Origin: an uncultured Methanomicrobia archaeon
GTDB taxonomy: Archaea > Halobacteriota > Bog-38 > Methanoflorentales > Methanoflorentaceae
DNA: 33,695 nt
Reading direction: 5' to 3'
Assembly: GCA_964534635.1 (NCBI GenBank)
Contig: CAZHSW010000060.1
Location: 1-33,695 of the forward strand
This document shows, in pieces, positions 27,825-33,695 of the stretch. The notes under the pieces are model-generated. The model had not been told where the DNA came from. It saw nothing but the letters and a program-made list of their open reading frames with translations, and did not search any database. Each line of letters begins with the position of its first letter. The stretch's first letter is position 1. The translations under genes and the position numbers were made by a program.

Positions 27825-27862
27825 CAATTTGAACACAATTGAAGCTTTTGGGGCAATTTGAA
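27825..27862 (+). repeat. Three direct copies of CAATT(T)GAA; the last contains the RACo start codon
   Basis: CAATTTGAA at 27825-27833, CAATTGAAG at 27836-27844 and CAATTTGAA at 27854-27862. The TTG start is at 27858-27860. Confidence 0.5.
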
Positions 27863-29729
27863 GAAAGAATTCAAGGTTGTTTTTGAGCCTGACGACAAAA
27901 CTGTCAAGGTCGAGCGAGGTACTACTGTTCTCGACGCAGCCACGAGCTCAGACATTTATATCGACAGCATCTGCGGCGGACGGGGCACGTGTGGCAAGTG
28001 TAAGGTTCGTATCGAGGGACGTGTCCAAACCGACGAAACCGAGCTCCTGACTGCTCAAGAGCGAGCGGACGGCTTCTTTTTGGCATGCTTAGCGCAAGTT
28101 GCAGGCAATTTGAAAGTGACGGTGCCTAAAGAAAGTAGAGTGGAGTCGCACCAAATTTTAATGAAAAGTGTCGTCGCGCCTTTAGCAGCGATAAACCCTC
28201 CGGTAACGAAGGTATCACTTTCTCTCACCCCTCCGTCACTTGTTGACTACGTAAGTGACCTTGACCGAGTGACACACGCCCTGCATAATCTCGACGTTGG
28301 ACACGTTACGATCGGATTACCCACCCTAAAGAGGCTGAGCAGCGTACTTCGCGAAAACAACTGGAACGTGAACGTCACGCTGATGGATCTCTGGGACAGA
28401 AAAGAGATCATTGACGTCGGTCCTCCTTCAGACAATGATCTCATCGGGATCGCCGTGGACATAGGCACCACGACGATCGTCGTTGAGCTGGTGGATTTAG
28501 TGACGGGCAAGGTGATCGACGCACGCTCTGACTATAACAAACAAGTCGTGTACGGTGAAGACGTGCTTTCCCGAGTGTTGTACACGGAAGAGCACCGAGA
28601 TGGCATTAACAAGTTGACTCGCACCATGAGGTTCGGCATCAACGACCTCATACGAGAGCTCGTTATCGAAAATGACATGCGCTACGAGAAGATCTGTCGA
28701 GTAGTCCTTTCTGGCAATACAGTTATGATGCACTTCTTTTACGGCTTGGATCCAAAATACATCCGCCACGAGCCGTACATTCCTGTGATGTCCTTCGTGC
28801 CGGAGATGAAGGCAGTTAAGCTCGACCTGAGCGTTAACCCAAACGCGTATATTTATGCGCTTCCATGCCGGAGCAGCTATGTTGGGGGTGACATCACGGC
28901 TGACATCATCGCATCAGGAATGAGCGACGAGAAGGATGTCTCCTTACTAATCGACGTTGGCACCAACGGAGAGGTCGTGTTGGGCAACGATACGTTCCTC
29001 GTTTCGTGCTCCTGTTCAGCGGGTCCAGCTTTTGAAGGAGGCGAAGTTGAGTTCGGCGTAAGAGCAATGAACGGCGCGATTGAGCGTGTGTGGATCGGTA
29101 ACGGCGTCGTAGACTACTCGACCATCGACAACGGAAGGGCAAAGGGCATTTGCGGATCGGGTCTCGTTGAACTCATCGCAGAGCTCTTCAGTAACGGCGT
29201 CATTGACCGAACGGGGAAAATCCAGCTGGACGAGAACAACGTGAGAACCGATGTCGGAAGCAGCGGCAACCAGTTCATCGTGGCGTTTAAAGAGGACACG
29301 GCTATCGACAAGAACATAATCATAACCGACGTCGATATTCAAAACGTATTGCGAACGAAAGCTGCTGTGTATGCGAGCTGTAATGTCCTCCTCAAGACGT
29401 TTGACTATAAATTTAGCGACCTATCTAACGTGTTCATCGCCGGGAGCTTCGGCAACTACCTTGACATCAAGAAAGCGATTACAATTGGATTGCTGCCTGA
29501 TTTGCCTTTAGAGACTTTCAAATTCATAGGCAATGGAGCTCTTGGTGGGGCACGAATGGTATTGCTCTCGCGCGATCTTCAAGACAAAGCGGCAGACATC
29601 GTACAAAATATGACACATATAGAGCTGAGCGTCAGTAGCATGTTCTTCAAAGAGTTCACCTCGGCGCTCTTTATTCCGCATACGGAGCTTGACCAGTTCC
29701 CCCACGTCGCGAAACGAGTGTATACGTAA
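27858..29729 (+). CDS. Reductive activator of corrinoid Fe-S protein (RACo-type, 2Fe-2S + ASKHA ATPase)
   Basis: N-terminal plant-type ferredoxin motif ICGGRGTCGKCKV...LACLA. ASKHA phosphate motifs VDIGTTT and IDVGTNGE. 623 aa. TTG is the only start option before the conserved KVVFEPDDKTV N-terminus. Confidence 0.8.
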   Translation: MKKEFKVVFEPDDKTVKVERGTTVLDAATSSDIYIDSICGGRGTCGKCKVRIEGRVQTDETELLTAQERADGFFLACLAQVAGNLKVTVPKESRVESHQILMKSVVAPLAAINPPVTKVSLSLTPPSLVDYVSDLDRVTHALHNLDVGHVTIGLPTLKRLSSVLRENNWNVNVTLMDLWDRKEIIDVGPPSDNDLIGIAVDIGTTTIVVELVDLVTGKVIDARSDYNKQVVYGEDVLSRVLYTEEHRDGINKLTRTMRFGINDLIRELVIENDMRYEKICRVVLSGNTVMMHFFYGLDPKYIRHEPYIPVMSFVPEMKAVKLDLSVNPNAYIYALPCRSSYVGGDITADIIASGMSDEKDVSLLIDVGTNGEVVLGNDTFLVSCSCSAGPAFEGGEVEFGVRAMNGAIERVWIGNGVVDYSTIDNGRAKGICGSGLVELIAELFSNGVIDRTGKIQLDENNVRTDVGSSGNQFIVAFKEDTAIDKNIIITDVDIQNVLRTKAAVYASCNVLLKTFDYKFSDLSNVFIAGSFGNYLDIKKAITIGLLPDLPLETFKFIGNGALGGARMVLLSRDLQDKAADIVQNMTHIELSVSSMFFKEFTSALFIPHTELDQFPHVAKRVYT

Positions 29730-29913
29730 CTATATAATGAGCTCTTATGTGAAGTTCCTTGCAAAGACAAGTGCCAGATCTGCCACTTGGCGAAAGAAGG
29801 AGGTTTATGCGTTGCTCGAGGATCAACGTCACGTGCGACCTGCATTTTAGTAAAATAGCGGCGTAGGGATAGCCTGTGGGGGCTTCCTCGCGGAGCGTTG
29901 CTGGAGAAACGGT

Positions 29914-30690
29914 GTGCGAACGATTGCGATAACAGGGAAAGGTGGAACAGGCAAGACAACTTTTGCCTCGCTCCTTGTAAAGTGCTTGAGCAGCGACAGC
30001 GCTACTATTTTGGCTGTTGATGCGGATCCTAACTCAAACTTAGACGAGCGACTCGGAATGCACGCTGAGCAGACGATCGGCGATTTGCGTGAGGATTTAC
30101 TCAAAGAATCTTTTCCTGCAGGAGTCGCCAAGAGCGAACTTATTGAATATCAGATACGCCTCGCTCTCGTTGAAGGAGAGAAGTTTGACCTGATCGCGAT
30201 GGGGAGGCCTGAAGGGCCCGGATGCTATTGCTATGTTAACAACGTATTGCGCGATGTTCTCGACAGGCTCTCAGTCAATTACGACTACGTAGTTATCGAC
30301 AACGAAGCGGGCATGGAACATCTTTCGAGGCGTACGACAAGAGATGTCGACGTGCTTTTCATAATGAGCGATGTGACGGTGTTGGGCATACTCACTGCGA
30401 GTCGTATCAAGAAGCTCTCCGAGGATCTTAGTCTCGTCGTCGGAAAGACGTATCTGGTATTGAATGAGGTCAAGAACGCCATACCAGAAAGCATCAAGGA
30501 TCAGATCAAGCGAGAGGGACTAGACCTGATTGGCACCATCCCAAGCGACGCGATCGTCGAACAGTATGCTTTGGAAGGGAGATCCATAGGTGAGCTTCCT
30601 AGTGATTCAGCAGCGTTAAATGCCGTGAGTGCAATTGCAGCGCACTCTATAACACCCTTAAGGGCAGCTACGCATTCACAAGCTCTTTGA
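29914..30690 (+). CDS. cooC: CooC/AcsF-type nickel-insertion ATPase (CODH/ACS maturation)
   Basis: Deviant Walker A ITGKGGTGKTT, CxC metal motif GPGCYCYVN, 258 aa. GTG start. Confidence 0.85.
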   Translation: MRTIAITGKGGTGKTTFASLLVKCLSSDSATILAVDADPNSNLDERLGMHAEQTIGDLREDLLKESFPAGVAKSELIEYQIRLALVEGEKFDLIAMGRPEGPGCYCYVNNVLRDVLDRLSVNYDYVVIDNEAGMEHLSRRTTRDVDVLFIMSDVTVLGILTASRIKKLSEDLSLVVGKTYLVLNEVKNAIPESIKDQIKREGLDLIGTIPSDAIVEQYALEGRSIGELPSDSAALNAVSAIAAHSITPLRAATHSQAL

Positions 30691-32002
30691 GATACTTTGG
30701 CAGCGCAGACGAGTCTTTTACGCCGACGATTACTTCCCACCCCGTCAGCTCCTCAAGTTTCATCTTAAGCATAGCAATCATGCCGGGTATGATGAGTTTT
30801 CGGTGATCTACCTTTTCTGCGACCTTGTATTCTTCAAGTGCCTGCGCTATGGTCTCTGCCGTAAATTTGTCTGCGGCGAACGCGGTCATCACCGACAGGC
30901 CTTCTGTATCGACCACGAGAAGGCGTGCCGGAACTTTGCTGGCTTCGATATCGCTTGCAACGGTGAAATACGTGAGGGAAAAGTTTGACGTTACGATCAC
31001 TGGCGAGTTCCGGTCAGGCTTACCTATGTCGTAGAGTCCCGGATTGACCTGTATGAGCGCCTGAGGATCCGTGAAGATGTTCGTTCGTAGCGTCGTGAGG
31101 GGGTACAAACGCGCTGCGTCGAGGTCGCCGAAGACAATCAGCGAAGCATACTTCAACGTTCCTATCACGGCCCGTAAGGCCTGCGTTTGGACGTCGGCCC
31201 CGGTGTCCAAGTTGAGCATGACTGGGTGGCCCAAGGGCCGAAAAAGCTTCTTAACGCTTAGCCGACGTAAAATAGTGAGCCATTCCAGCGCGTCTCGCAA
31301 TGGCTTGGCACCGAGATTTAGATCTAGCACGAGATCATCGGCGCCTTCGCTCTTAGCAATCTCAGACAGCGATGCAAGCTCGTCGACATCGTCTGAGCGA
31401 AGCGCCAGTGGGCACGCGTACTGACGCGCGAGTTTCGCAAAAGCCGCGCAGTTGTCAGCGGTGCCTGCATAAATCAACGGTTTGGCCTTCGATACAATCT
31501 TAAGCCCATCTTCAGCGACCTGAGGGTCATCGCTCATCAAGACCAACGGCAACCCGCTGTTATCCCGCACGAGCTTCACCACTTCAGAGAACCGCTGCGC
31601 GTCTCCCTTTGACTTGACCGCGACTAAGTCAACGCCTGAGATGATGCCAATTCGCTCGTATTTCATCGCGTCGAGCCTCTTGGCCCGCTGCACAACGCTT
31701 TCGTTGGCGATATCGTCTTCGATTACAACTGCATACGCCGTTTGATTGAAAAATTTCTTTTCATGTCTGAAAAGCTCTGTTTCGCCGCCAATTCGAAGGT
31801 CGCCGAGAGAGACAGTGCTCATAGGCGGCAAGGCAGAGCTTTCGAGCTGTTGCGCGACTTCTGGCGAGACATATGGACACTTCGCCAGCTCGGTCTGCTT
31901 GTTCGCCAACATCATAGCGAACGCCAAGCACGTGGGAACCCCACATTCGCCGCAGTTCTTTTTGGCCAAAAGTTTGAAGATGTCGAGAGCGGTCATTGGC
32001 AT
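30668..32002 (-). CDS. cdhE: Acetyl-CoA decarbonylase/synthase gamma subunit (corrinoid Fe-S protein large subunit, AcsC equivalent)
   Basis: N-terminal [4Fe-4S] motif CGECGVPTCLAFAMMLANKQTELAKCP followed by TIM-barrel and corrinoid-binding regions. 444 aa. Confidence 0.9.
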   Translation of the reverse strand: MPMTALDIFKLLAKKNCGECGVPTCLAFAMMLANKQTELAKCPYVSPEVAQQLESSALPPMSTVSLGDLRIGGETELFRHEKKFFNQTAYAVVIEDDIANESVVQRAKRLDAMKYERIGIISGVDLVAVKSKGDAQRFSEVVKLVRDNSGLPLVLMSDDPQVAEDGLKIVSKAKPLIYAGTADNCAAFAKLARQYACPLALRSDDVDELASLSEIAKSEGADDLVLDLNLGAKPLRDALEWLTILRRLSVKKLFRPLGHPVMLNLDTGADVQTQALRAVIGTLKYASLIVFGDLDAARLYPLTTLRTNIFTDPQALIQVNPGLYDIGKPDRNSPVIVTSNFSLTYFTVASDIEASKVPARLLVVDTEGLSVMTAFAADKFTAETIAQALEEYKVAEKVDHRKLIIPGMIAMLKMKLEELTGWEVIVGVKDSSALPKYLKELVNA

Positions 32003-32007
32003 ACTGG

Positions 32008-32955
32008 TTATTCCCCCATCAGCTCATCGACAACTTCCTTCATGATCGCCAAAGACCTCGGGTGTCGCAGTATTAACGCGTTCGCGCCAGCCATTAAAGC
32101 CGCCAAGGCAGAGGCTATCTCCCAAAAGACGGCCCTTTCCCGCTCGTCGCCCAACTTCGGGTCCACACGATATGCTTCCTTAGCGCTCCATGCGACGCTG
32201 ACGTCGGCGATCATCGGAGATTGCAGCATCTTGTCTCCCACCAGGCCGGCAAGCTTGATCCGTTCCATGGCTGAATATGCATATTCCATGCCGAAGCCAA
32301 CCGCCGCCATAAGCGGGTCACACACGATACGATCAAGCGGCACGCCGAACTCGGTGAGCATGATGTTGAGCTGCTTCGCGATATTCACGTCAATGTTTGA
32401 GAACGCGACCACAGAGTGACCGTTCGCGGTGGCTGCCACTGAGATCGATTTATAACCTTCCGGTTCCGCACGCGCGAGCAGACACCGCTCTCCCTTGGCC
32501 ACATCTCCGCAAAGCTCCAAGACGCGCGAATCCTTCTCGTAATCCCCACTCCCCTGTATTATGATCGGTGCCTTGACGCGTTCCAGCAGTTGCGACACGA
32601 GAGACGCAGCGTCCTCAGCGCTGACGTTTGCTTCCTCCGGATTCGTGCTGAGAAGCTTGAGGCAGATGAAATCCGCACCGTGAGTATCGACGCACGCCTG
32701 TGCCCACGCAGCGGGCTCCTTTATGAGGTCACCAATTTCATCGATGATGATGTGGGGGTAATCTTCGTTAATATGATCAATCACTTCCATTCCAAGCGAG
32801 GGACGAGAGATTTTTCCCTCGAACGTCAAAAACGGAAGAGCTGTCTCTCCGCCCAAAAGAAGCGTCCTGTCCCTTGTTCCCCCTTCGGCGGCGGTTGCCC
32901 CAAATGCGACCTCTTTTATCTTACCGCTCCAGCTCTCCTTTGGAATTACGACCAT
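32008..32955 (-). CDS. cdhD: Acetyl-CoA decarbonylase/synthase delta subunit (corrinoid Fe-S protein small subunit, AcsD equivalent)
   Basis: 315 aa. From memory it is collinear with bacterial AcsD: GGTR...LGGE.ALPF..FEG, YKS, NI.KQLNI, DP..GG.G.G.EY..S.MERI and ILRHP. Confidence 0.9.
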   Translation of the reverse strand: MVVIPKESWSGKIKEVAFGATAAEGGTRDRTLLLGGETALPFLTFEGKISRPSLGMEVIDHINEDYPHIIIDEIGDLIKEPAAWAQACVDTHGADFICLKLLSTNPEEANVSAEDAASLVSQLLERVKAPIIIQGSGDYEKDSRVLELCGDVAKGERCLLARAEPEGYKSISVAATANGHSVVAFSNIDVNIAKQLNIMLTEFGVPLDRIVCDPLMAAVGFGMEYAYSAMERIKLAGLVGDKMLQSPMIADVSVAWSAKEAYRVDPKLGDERERAVFWEIASALAALMAGANALILRHPRSLAIMKEVVDELMGE

Positions 32956-32988
32956 CGTGGTTACCTCCGAATTCTCGCGACCACGCGT

Positions 32989-33695
32989 TTAAAATACGCC
33001 CATTGGCGGCATTCGTAGCGCTGGGTGATCGACCTTCGCCAAGTAATCCGCTAGTTCATCGGCATCAGTCGTAATACTTTCGTCTGCGATCTTGTCCACG
33101 AAGCCTGCTAAGTCAAGTTCCTTCGCCCTCTTCTCTAGATCGCCTCGGAGCGCTTCTTTGAGATCTTTCGGCATCCAAACGACACGAGCGAGCCCGCCGT
33201 CTGCTCGAATAAACTTCTTGCTCGTGATGAATTGCCTGCCAATGCCGATGAAGCCCGGGGTTTGGTTGCCGCCGCCGACGGACCCGGCGAGGGTAGAGAA
33301 CTTCATGCCGATCGGCGTCATGCCAATGTACTCGCGGTTGACAACGATCACCCCCTGTAAATCACTGTTAATCGCCACGATACATTCGAAACATCCACAG
33401 GACGTCTGCGGATCCTCCATCATAGTATACTGATTCATGCGTTCGATATGTCCGTGCGTGAGCTCTCGGACCGCTTGGTTAACGTTCGTCCACTGGCCTT
33501 TCTGCTCATCAATCGCGGCGCCCTTTTCAACCGGCTGGTTCGGCCCGTTTGGATCGATGCTGTACCCTGCAGCTGCGTCGAGCCAGTTCAGCGCGCCACA
33601 CAGCCCAAGGCGTTCCGGAGAGATGATGCACACGTGGCTCGGAGCGAAGCTCTGACACAACGTACACGCGTAGAATGCGTCCACACTTTCGTCCG
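32989..33695 (-). CDS. cdhC: Acetyl-CoA synthase catalytic subunit (beta/CdhC, AcsB equivalent), C-terminal part; N-terminus outside window
   Basis: A-cluster cysteines are present: CTLCQSFAPSHVC...LCG ([4Fe-4S]) and TSCGCFE (Ni-Ni site Cys-Gly-Cys). Also GMTPIGMKFSTLAG and QTPGFIGIG blocks. The frame stays open to the window edge. Confidence 0.9.
   Translation of the reverse strand, partial: DESVDAFYACTLCQSFAPSHVCIISPERLGLCGALNWLDAAAGYSIDPNGPNQPVEKGAAIDEQKGQWTNVNQAVRELTHGHIERMNQYTMMEDPQTSCGCFECIVAINSDLQGVIVVNREYIGMTPIGMKFSTLAGSVGGGNQTPGFIGIGRQFITSKKFIRADGGLARVVWMPKDLKEALRGDLEKRAKELDLAGFVDKIADESITTDADELADYLAKVDHPALRMPPMGVF

Noticed and set aside
29807-29866. 19-codon ORF (MRCSRINVTCDLHFSKIAA) behind a strong GAAGGAGGT element between the RACo gene and cooC
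   Set aside because: The spacing between the GGAGG core and the ATG is only 3 nt, and the peptide has no recognisable features. I cannot distinguish it from chance without conservation or ribosome-profiling data.
1-33695. Mobile elements, CRISPR arrays, defence islands or prophage remnants
   Set aside because: I saw no transposase, integrase or recombinase-like ORF, no regularly spaced direct repeats and no tRNA attachment site. The window is composed of housekeeping and bioenergetic genes.

Overview
Gene-dense archaeal chromosomal window. Archaeal markers are GGGP synthase, Tsr3, a PGF-CTERM secreted protein and ATPase operons in the aha-type order H-I-K-E-C-F-A-B-D. I recognised no rRNA, tRNA, CRISPR array, transposase or integrase. 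Left third (1-9350): housekeeping genes, namely an ABC-2 exporter pair, a PGF-CTERM surface protein, gatB overlapping topA, GGGP synthase, tsr3, an MTH865-like protein and a CBS-pair protein. Centre (9351-26808): the main finding. Two complete but deeply diverged A1AO ATP synthase operons lie tail-to-tail in mirror-image gene order, with one small orphan ORF at the convergence point. The two copies differ in the A-subunit Walker A loop, in the helix-1 ion-ligand residue of the c subunit (Gln vs Glu), and in operon architecture (spacers around atpK in copy 1 only). Right third (26923-33695): an acetyl-CoA synthase module whose composition and subunit lengths look bacterial (AcsE-like methyltransferase, RACo-type corrinoid activator, CooC/AcsF, then gamma, delta and partial beta subunits). 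Its acsE gene is co-oriented with and directly upstream of ATPase operon 2. Several small non-coding structures are reported at low confidence: repeats at the RACo start, an inverted repeat bracketing a TATA box, hairpins and an unexplained 468-nt gap. All calls come from reading the supplied translations and sequence by eye. No searches or computations were run.
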